From Octopus bimaculoides (taxonomy: Eukaryota), in the NCBI RefSeq assembly GCF_001194135.2, contig NC_068985.1, positions 76,146,963 through 76,210,962 on the forward strand: DNA of 64,000 bases, in the 5' to 3' direction. Below the pieces are notes generated by a model. That model was given only the letters and a program-made list of their open reading frames with translations. It was not told the origin of the DNA and did not search any database. Positions 11,001 to 23,922 of the stretch are shown here, in pieces. The translations under genes and the position numbers were made by a program. The stretch's first letter is position 1. Each line of letters opens with the position of its first letter.

Positions 11001-14000
11001 AAAAAATGAACTTTCCAAATTATAGGAGGATTACTTTTACAATTTCTTTAAAGGACAGTATGCATTTTAATATTTTCAATATTTTTAATATTTTTTAATA
11101 TTTTAATTAATATCACCTTATTATATACACCATTCGTTCTTAACACATATATTATAACTCCATTCATCTCTGAAGAGCAGAATTATTGCCAGTATGCTTA
11201 TCTTTTGATTACATTTTGGTTGCAATAATGTCCGTGAAACGATCGTCAGATGTTTTTTAATTTTTTTAATTTTTAGACTTTATAATATTTATGCTCAATT
11301 ACGCATAAATTTTTATATGCATTTATATACACATGTATCTTTATGTACATTTATATTTTTATATATATTTATATTTATATTTCATATATCTTAAATTTTA
11401 ATTTAATTTGGGGCTGTACCAGGTTCCGATATGATTTAGTAAGGTTTCTACAGCTGGATGCCCTTCCTGATGTCAACCACTCTGAGACTGTAGTGGATGT
11501 CTTTTTGTCACATTGTCTTCTGTGCATGTGTGCTTGTAGTTGGTACTATTGTGGTCATGTGATCGAAGTTTGACCCTGATCATGCCATTTTTCTTTCTGG
11601 CTTTACTGTGTAAGCATGGCCACTCCACTAGCAATGTGCACCAAAGAAGAACAAAGAGCAATGATCTGATTTCTCTAGAAAAGGTGTGTATGAGCAACAG
11701 TGCAAATTACAGTGCTTTGCTGGTCAATAAACTGAAGCCAGCTATTCGCACCAAATGCCAAAGCCCATTGTCGAAGAAAGTTTTTGTTGTTGCATGACAA
11801 TGAACTCCCACACATAGCCCCCATCTACCCAGACTGTTGAAACCATTAACCAAATGGGTTTTGAGGTGCTGGAATACCCTGCCTACAGCCCAGATCTTGA
11901 CCCTTCTGACTATCATATCTTTGGACTGCTCAAAGATAGTTTATGAAGTCGTTGGTTTCCTATGGATGAAGATGTGAAGGAAACAGGGCATAAATGATTG
12001 GACAACCAACCAAAAACCTTCTTCTTGGAGGGAATATGCAAGCTTATGAACTGCTAAATCAAGTGCATCGAAAAGGAAAGAGACTAACAGAAAACTGATC
12101 ACCAGAAAATTGATCCTGTTTCAATTTCGCCAGTTATATTTTCTGAAATGGCCATAGGTTTTTAACTGATTTTTACTGTTCATGGTTTTTAACTGACTTT
12201 TACCTTAATGATATCTCGTTATTACTGAACTCTATTTATTCCTCCTTGAATACATGTATCCACGCATGCATACACAGTTTTTATGTTCTTATATCTTACT
12301 TCATTTACATTTTATATCTTTTTTTTTTAATTATATTTTTTATTGTATTTTATTATTTTTTATTATTTGAATTTTTAATATAAACCTGTATCCCATCCAA
12401 GAGGGAGAGAGTGAAAGAGAGAGAGGTTTCTTTTCAATTACGCTGTTTATTTTGGAAGACAAAAGAGGAAGAAGAAAAAACCATGTTATTAACACTGGAA
12501 CTACATTCAGAAATAACAGTAACAGTATAAATGTTTCTTCATCCATCATCATTACTATTAATAAAAAAATAATAAATTAAAATGACCATAAAGCTCTCTT
12601 TGCTAAAAACGTCATATAAAAAAACAAGGAAATGCTCTGTTTTTATGCTTCACTACCTCAACCCATGTCTTCTTGGATGAGAAGGGCTGTGTGAAGAAGT
12701 GCCACTCCCAAACAGTGGAAGGAATCCGGAGTAGAGGGAGACCCAAGAAGACCTGGGCCTTAGAGTCAACTTAGCTAAAACCAAAGTCTTATTAAGTAGG
12801 AAAGCAGACAAACCACAAATTCCTTCAGGTAGATGGTCCTGCTTGATCTGTAGAAAAGGCATAGGTAGAAACTCCATAAGATGTACCCAGTGTAAGCTAT
12901 GGACACATAAAAGGTGCAGCAATATCAAAGGAAGATTAACCGGGAAGATAGCTTTCGTGTGAGGCAGATGCACAGGTACAATAAACACCACAGATGCTCA
13001 GAAAACAGATTCCATCGTTTTTGTATGTGACAAATGCTCAGGTGCTATAAACACTGAAAATGTGCAGAGAACAGCTTCTGTCATATTCCAGGGAGAAAAA
13101 CTTGAAGTAGCTGATGTCTTCTGTTACCGAGGAGACCAACTCAGTAGTGGGGGTGGATGCTCTGAAAGTGTTGCTGCTAGAATAAGAATAGCCTGGGCAA
13201 AGTTCAGAGAGCTCCTACCTCTGCTGGTGACAAAGGGCCTCTCACTCAGAGTAAAAGGTAGACTGTATGACACATGTGTATGAACAGCCATGCTACATGG
13301 CAGTGAAACATGGGCTGTGACTACTGAGGACATGTGTAAGCTTGCAACGAATGAAGCCAGTATGCTCTGCTGGATATGTAATGTCAGTGTGCATACTAGA
13401 CAGAGTGTAAGTACCTTGAGAGAACAGTTGGACCTAAGAAGCAAGAGAGACGACTGCACTGGTATGGTCATGTGTTGTGAATGAAGGAGGACAGCTGTGT
13501 GAAAAAGTGTCACACCCTAGCAGTTGAGGGAACCTGTGGAAGAGGTAGACCCAGAAAGACCTGGGATGAGGTGGTGAAGCACGACCTTCGAACATTGGGC
13601 CTCATCGAGGCAATGACTAGTGACCGAGACCTTTGGAGATATACTGTGCTTGAGAAGATCTGACAAGCCAAGTGAGACCCTAACCTGTGGCCTTTGCCAG
13701 TGGGTGTAACCAGCCCACTTACGAATACCCCTCATTCATTGGACAATAAACTTTGCTTGCGAAGACCTATTGAGGCAAGTGAAATCAGAGTCAAAATCGC
13801 TGATGTGGCTGATGACAGTACCGCATGATTGGCATTCATTCCAGTGGAATGTTAAAAGCACGTCCGAGCATGGAGTGTAACCACCCCACTTATGAGTACC
13901 CCTCATTCTTTGGACGATAAACTTTGCTTGAGAAGACCTATTGAGGCAAGTGAAATCAAATCAAAATCGCTGATATGGCCAATGACAGTACCGCCTGATT

Positions 14001-14599
14001 GGCACTTATGCCAATGGAATGTTAAAAGCACATCCAAGCATGATTGTTGCCAAGCCACGGATTGGCTCCCATGCTGCTGGCATGTAAAAAGCACCATTAG
14101 AGCGTGATTGTTGCCAGCGTCACCTTACTAGCACATGTGCCAGTGACACGTGAAAAACAACATTCAAGCATGGTCGTTGCCAGTGCCACCGGACTGGCTC
14201 CCATGCAGGTAGCATGTAAAAAACACCTTTTGAGCATGGTTGTTGCCAGAACCGCCTGACTGGCCCACGTGCTGGTGGCACGCAAAAGCACCCACTACAC
14301 TCTCGGAGTAGTTGGCGTTAGGAAGGGCAGCCAGCTGTAGATTGAGCCTGGTGCAGCCATCTGGTTCACCAGTCCTCAGTCAAATCGTCCAACCCATGCC
14401 AGCATGGAAAGCGGACGTTAAATGACGATGATGATGATGTTGATGATATATATACATATATTATCATCATCATCATAGTTTAACGTCTGCTTTCCAAGCT
14501 GGCATGATTTGGACGGTTTGACTGAGGTCTGGCGAGCCAGAAAGCTGCACCAGGCTCCAATCTGATTTGGCAAAGTTTCTACAGCTGGATGTCTTATAC

Positions 14600-14635
<36 letters not shown>

Positions 14636-16874
14636 GTGGTAAACCTGTTTGTTGCTCTAACTCTATTGCAAGCATTCATTCCATAGTAGGTACCTAGTGT
14701 GAAAATAACAAGATCTAACACCCCTTTCTGCTACCAGTCTTCGAGGTATTGCATATAGGTAACAAGTGCTTCTCTTCCACCATTGATGAAACAAAAGAGA
14801 CTTGATAATGATTTAGTCTGTAAATTTTGTTGCTATCATTTTTATGCTTAGTATCAATTTTTATCATCATCACAATCACAGTTTTTACTGTTGCTGTTTC
14901 CATTCTAACATGGATTGAATAAGACTTGTTGGTGCTAGACACCCTTCCTACCACTATCACTTGTTTTTTTGAGTAAGCTATCTTAAAACCTATGAAGTCC
15001 ACCTAGGCAGGTAAGGAACACACTGTCCACAGGAGATGGAAACAATGCTATCATTTTTGTCTCTCAGTGTTGATGCTAAGAGAAATGGAAACGCACTCCA
15101 TCTCTCTCTCTCTCTCTCTATCGCTTTCTCTCTCTTACACTCACACACAATTACATAAACATACACCCAGAAAAATATGTTATACACATACACGCATATC
15201 ATCATCTTCATTATCATCATCATTTAACATTCACGTTCCATGATGGCATGACTTGAACAGTTTGATAGGATTCAGTGGGATCAAGGACTGCAATAAGCTT
15301 CAGTGCCTGGTTTGGCATGGTTTCTCTGGTTGGATGGGTCTTCCTAATGCCAACCATTTTATAGCTCAGATATACATACAGACAAAACCAGGAAAGAAAA
15401 AGCTGATTTAAAGACAAAAGGTTCAAGCCATAATGGGAACTGTTAAAATTTGTAGAATTTTCACCTAAGTATGTATTCGCATGTCTAGAAATGCAACTAT
15501 ATGCATAAGAATACATACATAAAACAATACATACAACAAATCTATACTGGCACTGACTCCAAATACTGCACATATGCATACATACATGCAAAAATACCCT
15601 GTTGATGTTGCTGAAATTCCAATGAATGAACCTTAGATCTAGGTTAAAAGCCAACTCTTTCTCTATTAGCAAGTAATCTTGAATTCAACTGAATAATGAC
15701 ATACATACATACATACATGCATTCATACATACATACATACATACATACATACATACATACATACATACATACATACATACATACATACATACATTGTTGT
15801 TGTTGGTTGGCACTCCGTCGCTTACAACGACGTGGGTTCCAGTCGATCCGATCAATGGAACAGCCTGCTCATGAAATTAACGTGCAAGTGGCTGAGCACT
15901 CCACAGACACGTGTACCCTTAATGTAGTTCTCGGGGATATTCAGCGTGACACAGAGTGTGACAAGGCTGACCCTTTCAATTACAGGCACAACAGAAACAG
16001 GAAGTAAGAGTGAGAGAAAGTTGTAGTGAAAGAGTACAGCAGGGTTCGCCACCATCCCCTGCCGGAGCCTTGTGGAGATTTAGGTGTTTTCGCTCAATAA
16101 ACACTCACAACGCCCGGTCTGGGAATCGAAACTGCGATCCTATGACCGTGAGTCCGCTGTCCTAACCACTGGGCCATTGCGCCTCCTAAATACATACATA
16201 CATACATACATACATACATACATACATACATCGACTTTCATAGTGAGCAGATATTTATATATATCCACTTCCTTTATTTCAAATTTTGCTACACACAAAA
16301 TATGTTAATCATATAAATTGCATAAATTATATATTCCAGGGTGATTACGATGCTGGTTATATATATGAATGCGCATTTCCAGGTGAGGGTGATCCTCAGA
16401 GAGCTATTTCTGACAGTGATCCAGCAACCCCAATCAGAGCTGTTGCTGTTGTGAACAATAATAATGCAGGAATTACAATAATGAAGTTTTGGTAAGGTTA
16501 TCCATTTTAATTGCCTTCTTATCAAAGTATTCCAAGACTGAGTGTCTATAATATAAAATTTACAAGATTTAAGGATCTTTGACCCTTACATTCTCCTCTG
16601 CTGTTCTTTCCAGAAAAGTAAACTACTGAGTTTATCAGTTTGAAAGGGTTGGTTAATATTTTATGAATTGGAGATCTAGCACTTTCATATATTGAATCAA
16701 CATTGTGTTGTTGATGCCATTGTTTAGGCTGAGATCAATTCTGATAACAAAAGATTTAAGATCAAAGGCATTCAAGAGGTGAACATCTCATGTGTTTTTA
16801 GGAACAAGCATGAATACAAGATTTCTATGGATCTTCTTTTCACCTTGGTAGTGATGGACACTGTTGAAGCTTGC

Positions 16875-16905
<31 letters not shown>

Positions 16906-19900
16906 AAAACAAAAGTGGGGTTCAAAATTCACAAAAGCTGTTTGGACAGCATTTTATGAATGCATTCTAGATTACATCATGTAAACGTATAAACAAGTAA
17001 AGAAGAAATAAAAAAAAGTTTCCAGTTCACCAACAATCATGGTGGAACACTTGTTTCGTGACGTTTAGCATGTTGGGTAAGTGTTCTGAGCTATAGCTGG
17101 GAAATGACCAAAGCTCTGTGAGTGGATGGATTTAGTAGACAGAAACTCTGTGTGTGTGTGTGTGTGTGTCTGTGTGTGTGTGTGTGTGTCCTTGTTTTGA
17201 CATTGCATGGTTGTTGTAAATGAATGTCATTCACTTTCTATATTCTACTAAAACATGTCTAATCATGAGGAAATATTAGCTTGCTTGGTAAAAGATTAGT
17301 GTTGGCAACAGGAGAGGCATTTTGGTTTAGAAAATCTACTTCAATATGCTCCATCCAACCCATGCAAGCATGGGTATGTGGATGTTAAAACGATGATCAT
17401 GATGTACGTGTGTGTTTCTATGCATATGTTTGCAAGTGTGTGTGTGTGTGTGTGTGCATTTGAGTGTTTAATTACACTTTTGTAAATGTCTAGTTGCATG
17501 GGTTTAAATTAGTGTCCCCATAATGCAATCTATATTATAAAAGTCAAGCTGATCTTCATCTGTTTGTCCATCACAGCATATATATAGAATGAGGGAAGAA
17601 GAGAAGGAATCAAAAGGGGAGTTAACTCTTGTTGCAACATACATTTAGAAGGAGGGAAGAAGGAGAAAAAGTTGTTGTTGGAATAGAAATATGGTGAGAG
17701 AGAGAGGGGGGGGGGGGAGAAAGGATGTGAAAGATAGATAGATTGGTAGTGTTGTCACCATAGTAACAAGTTTTGATGAAAAACAATAATTTCAAGTGCA
17801 TGTCTGTCAACAAGACAACACAGACTTAAAAAAAAACACTCATTATATAACAGTCCACTATTAACTGGCCACACCATACAAGGCCATGGGATTTCTGAGG
17901 CACACTTATATATACATGAAAGCACCTTCTCCAAAGATTAATGTAAATTCATTGCCATAGTGCATTCTACCATTGGAAATAAATGTAAAATTGTTTAAGA
18001 ATGCTATAGTATAATTGTTAATGTGAAAGCTTCTTGCAAACAAATAATTTTTTAGAGCATTTAAGCTAGAAAATATAATGCCAGTTTTTTAAAATATCAT
18101 CATCATCATCATCGTTTAACATTCACTTTCCATGCTAGCATGGGTTGGACAATTTGACTGAGGACTGGCAAACCAGATGGCTGTACCAGGCTCCAATCTG
18201 ATCTGGCAGAGTTTCTTCAGCTGGATGCCCTTCCTAATGCCAACCACTCCAAGAGTGTAGTGGGTGCTTTTACGTGCCACCAGCACGAGGCCCAGTCAGG
18301 CGGTACTGGCAATGGCCACACTCAAATGGTGTTTTTTATGTGCCACCTGCACAGGAGCCAGTCCAGCAGCACTGGCAATCACCTCACTCGAATGTTTTGT
18401 TCACATGCCACTGGCACAAGTGCCAGTAAGGCGACTCTGGTAACGATCATGCTTAAATGGTGCTTTTTATGTGCCACCGGCATGGAAGCCAGACAGCTGC
18501 TCTGGCAATGATCATGCTCGGATAGTGCTGTTATCGCTCCACTGGTATGGGTGCCAGTCATCGAATTTGGCTTAATTTCGATTTCACTTGCCCCAACAGG
18601 TCTTCACAAACAGAGTTTAGTGTCCAATGAAAGAAAGCTTGGCATGGGTGCCAGTCGTCAAATTTGGTTCGATTTCGATATGTAATGTGAAAAGCAATTG
18701 TTCTTTCTCATATTTGGTTATTAATTGCACATATTCAAGAAGACCCATACTCTACAGTAGAAGTGTTTAGTCTGGTCCCTCTGGTAGCATAAAGCTCTTG
18801 TGGTGGTGCCACATAAAAGTGCCCATGCAGTGTCACTTTAATGCACCCATGTGGTGTCATGTAAAAGCACCTGTGTGGTGCCACATAAAAGCACCCATAC
18901 GTCACCATGTAAAAGCACCCATTGTGTTGCCATATAAGAGCACCCAATTCATTCTGTAAGGTGCTTGGCATTAGAAAGGGCATCCAGCTATAGAAACCAT
19001 GCCAAATCAGATTGGAGTCTAGTGCAGCTCTCTAGCTTGACAGCTGTGGTCAAACATTCCAACCCATGCCAGCATGGACAACGAATAGTAAATGATGATG
19101 ATGAGGATGATGATGATGATGATATATATGTATATACATATATACATACATATACATATATACATGCATACATACATACATACATACATTTAGAGGTACA
19201 GGCGTGACTGTGTGGTAAGAAGCTTGCTTCCCAACCACATGGTTCTGAGTTCAGTCTCACTGCATGACAACCAAAGCCTTGTGAGTGGATTTAGTAGACA
19301 GAAACTGAAAGAAGCCCATCATATATATATATGTACATATATGTATATGTTTGTGTTTGTCCCCCCACCATCACTTGATAACCAATGCTGGTGTGTTTAT
19401 GTCCCCATAACTTAGTAGTTCGGCAAAAAGATACTGATAGAATAAGTACTAGGCTTACAAAGAATAAGTCCTGTGGTCGATTTCTCCAACTAAAGACGGT
19501 GTTCCAGCATGGCCACAGTAAAATGACTGAAGCAAGTAAAAGAGTAAAAGAATAAAACAATATGTATATATATATCATGAAGTTTACATCTTGCTCAGAG
19601 ATTTATTATTGCCTGAATATATATATATATATACATATACATATATGCATATAAAAATTTTTTTTTTTCGTAATGAGATAAAAAAACCAAGGCTGGATAG
19701 ATTTTACAACATTTATAAATAGAAGGTTTTACAGCTGTTTCCAGGATATTTATTATATCCTTTCATCGGAGACGGTGTGAGAAGATGGTTAAGCATATAT
19801 ACATACGTATACGTACATACTTACATGTATATGTATATACATATGCATATGTGGACACAGGACGTCACATGTCTATATGCATATATATATTATTTATATT

Positions 19901-19942
19901 ATATGATTGAATGACACGCATCATCCTTTTCCAAGTAAGTTT

Positions 19943-20029
<87 letters not shown>

Positions 20030-20227
20030 ATATATATCATCATCATCATCATCATCATNNNNNNNNNNNNNNNNNNNNNNNNNNNNNNNNNNNNNNNNNN
20101 NNNNNNNNNNNNNNNNNNNNNNNNNNNNNNNNNNNNNNNNNNNNNNNNNNNNNNNNNNNNNNNNNNNNNNNNNNNNNNNNNNNNNNNNNNNNNNNNNNNN
20201 NNNNNNNNNNNNNNNNNNNNNNNNNNN

Positions 20228-20277
<50 letters not shown>

Positions 20278-23200
20278 CCATCAGACACCTACACCATTTC
20301 CATCTACTAACTTCTACTCATAAAACATATTCATTCTGAGACTAGAAGATACTTACCCAATGTGCCATGCAGTGTATCAAATCCAGAATTGGGTGGTTGT
20401 AAGAACCAAAAAAGGAAAAAAAGGTTATTAGATTTCCTTTAATGAGAATTTACCTTGGTAGTGCTAATATCTGTTTTGAGGAATGTGGCCAGCTGGCAGA
20501 AATGTGAGCATGCCAGGTAAAATGCTTTGTGGCATTTTGTCCATCTTTGCATTCTGAGTTCAAATTTCACCAAGGTTGACTTTGCCTTTCATCTTTTTGG
20601 GGGTCAATAAAATAAGTACCAGTTGAGCACTAGGTTTAATCTCATTGACTTAGTTCCTTCCCTAAACTTTCTCGCCTTATGCCAAAATTTGAAACTAATA
20701 TTTGTTTAGTGGAGAGTTTCTGTTTCTGTAATGGGTCTGCCCTCCAGTTGACATAATACAAGATGCTCAAAACCTGACGCAAAAACCTGTCTGCATTTGA
20801 AAATTAATAAATGCTTCATGATGTGGGGCGTAAGCTTTGCCAAACTATGCAACAGAGCACGAAGATGTATTGCTCATTGCTTTTATCATTCAAACACTTT
20901 TGTACATTCGTTATTTCTTGGTAAATAATATCTGTCCATATCTTTTACTTTCAAATGGCTTTATTTACATTTTCATGATTACATCATCGGGAAGTGCATT
21001 AGTAACTCAAAATAACAAAGCTTTTTTTCTAATGTAGGACACTTGTATCTTGCTATTTTTGGTAATTATTAGCTTAAGATGTTGGCTCTCTCAGCACATT
21101 AATATCTATTATTAATTACGCATTAATATCTATTATTAATGATGCATGTGCAATTAGCTCTGAAATGAGCTGGTAGCAGATTAGACAATTCTCAAGAAGC
21201 CATGGTTGTTTCATATATATTGGAATGTGGTGTGTTGAAACGAGAGAATTTAAAGTATATGTAAGTTTTTGTGTATTTTTGTATTTATGTGTGTCATCAT
21301 CATTATTATTGAATGTTAGTGGTTGGGTGGACAGTTCAAAAGCAGACCTCAAGATAAGAAAGGCACAAGCATGGACAGCTTGTCACAAACTAAAGAAGAT
21401 CTAGGACTCCAAATTGCCCAGTTGAATCAAAATCAAGCTGTTCATTGCAACTGTTGAATCAATGCTGTTATACGGTAGTGAAACATGGGCATTGACATAG
21501 AAATTATCAAACAGTCTAGATCGATGATGCACAAGGATGCTATGAATGGCGCTAAATGTAAAATAGCAGCAACATATGACAAACGAGACCTGAAAGTTAG
21601 TGAGAAGATCAGGCAAAGATGGCTGTGACTATCTAGACACTGCATATGCCACCCTGAACTGGTAGCAACCAAATTAGTCTTGTGAAACCTACTTCATGGC
21701 AATGTAAGAAGAGGAAAACGTCCTTACACTTACATCAACAACTTGATTGCAGACACTGGCCTGAAATGTATCCAAGACCTCAAGGCAGTGATGTTGAACT
21801 GAGAAGTGTGGCTGGGTGAACTTTGTTGCTGTGGTCTAGGCTGGAACCTGGCCATAATAATAACTAATAATTGTTATTATCATCTTACATTCACTTTTCA
21901 TACTAACATGAGATGGACAGTCCAACAGAATCTGATGAATAAGAGGACCACATAAGGCTCCAATGTCACATATTTATATTATTTTTAAGCCTGCATTCTC
22001 TCCCTAACGCAGGGCATGTTTGATATGCAGAAAGGAGTAAGAAGCTCTATGAGCAGTAGGGTCACTGGTTTATTAATGACATCAGCACTATACTGTTTGG
22101 AAGTTCAAATGGCAATGTAAACTGAGTGTTTCATTACTTGCAGTGCAAAATAAAATGTTGCAAAGAAATTTTCAATAGAGAAGCAATGGGCCCTAACAAA
22201 TGAATATACTTCACAAAGACAAAACCATCCACTTGGTGGTCCATGACACTCTTTTCATTATGGGATACCATTGTTACTACTTTTACAGTTGTGTTTCTTT
22301 TAAACAAGTTGACAAGAGTTAGAATGTCCATGACAATTCATTCCTCACACCCACTCTTTCTCTCCTACTCCTTTTTAAAATGAACTTTATTTTAGAATGA
22401 TCATTGTTGATGCTGTAACAGTTTTGTTGTTTTATATTCCAGTAATATTACATCTTTTTGTTTGGTTGTTGAGTAAACCTGAATTAAAACAAAAAAAAAT
22501 AGCTAAACAAAATATTAGTGACAGTTCACTGCCTATGTATGTATGGATGGATGGATGGACAGATGGATGGATGGATGGATGGATGGATGGATGGATGGTC
22601 AGATGGATAGACGGACTGACGGATGGATGGACAAACGGATGTACAGACGAGTGGATGGATGGATGGACAGATGGATGGATGAATTGTTTGACTATTTATT
22701 TGTTTTTTAATAAATAATAAACAAGAAGAGTAACTCAACACCAGTTTATAACTAGGACTTGACATGGATGTACTATGTTTTAAATTTTAGAATTATAATA
22801 CATTTAGAAATATAATATATTGACAAAGTTAATAATAATTGAAATTAAATCTTTATCTTCAAAGCCATTTGCACTGTCTTATGTGTGTATGTTATTATCA
22901 TCATGAAACATGCCTGTGTCCTCATAAACAACTCAGTGACACTAGTAACATAGGTTTCTCATTACAGAACAGAACATGATAGTGTTAATGAGTTTAAGGC
23001 TTAGTTATAAACAGTGAAAATAGTAGTCCGTGCTGGTATCATCGTCATCATAAAGATCACGATCAGGATCATCATTATTATCATCATCATCATCATCATC
23101 GTTGTATTCATCATCATCATCATCACCACCATTATTGTTTTAGTGTCCACTTTTCCACATCTGTGTGACTCAAACAGAATTCACTGAGGCAGATTTTCTG

Positions 23201-23377
23201 TGCTCTTCCTGGTTGTCATCCATCCCTTGTTTCCAAGCAAAGTAATATTCCCCAATAAGCAAACACATTTTCATGGAAGATTAGAAATAAATGATGTCAG
23301 ATGATGATGACACTTTTTTTACAACTGTTCTGTGAATCTAAAATATAGACACAAGCATGCATGCATGTGCACACACA

Positions 23378-23439
<62 letters not shown>

Positions 23440-23891
23440 GGTCTTCTGCAGTAGTTTCGCCAGATAGTAGGTTGTGATTTGAGGTAGATGTAGATTTGGT
23501 TGATATTTCTAGCAAGTTTCATGAGCACATAGAAGCTTTTTGTTGGTTTGCTGATAACAGTGGCAGAACCTGTTATCCTCAAAGTACTTAGATGCAGATG
23601 AGTGTACTTATATTTGAGTGTTTTGGCTATGAACAAAGCACTATAACATGAATAATAAACTCTACATATTATCTCAATCTTTTATTTTTATACTGTTGTA
23701 CATATACCTTGTTTTAGCTCTGCTTTCTTTTCTCTCCTTTGTTATTTTATGTGTATGCCAAGCATTTTTATCTCATATATTCATCTAATAAAAAAAAGAG
23801 ACAAATTAAATTGGCCCATAGCTTGAGACTTACTTCAAGCTTTAACAAAACATTTGATGCAGTCTCTGTCCTTTCTTTCTTTCTTTCTCTA

Positions 23892-23922
<31 letters not shown>

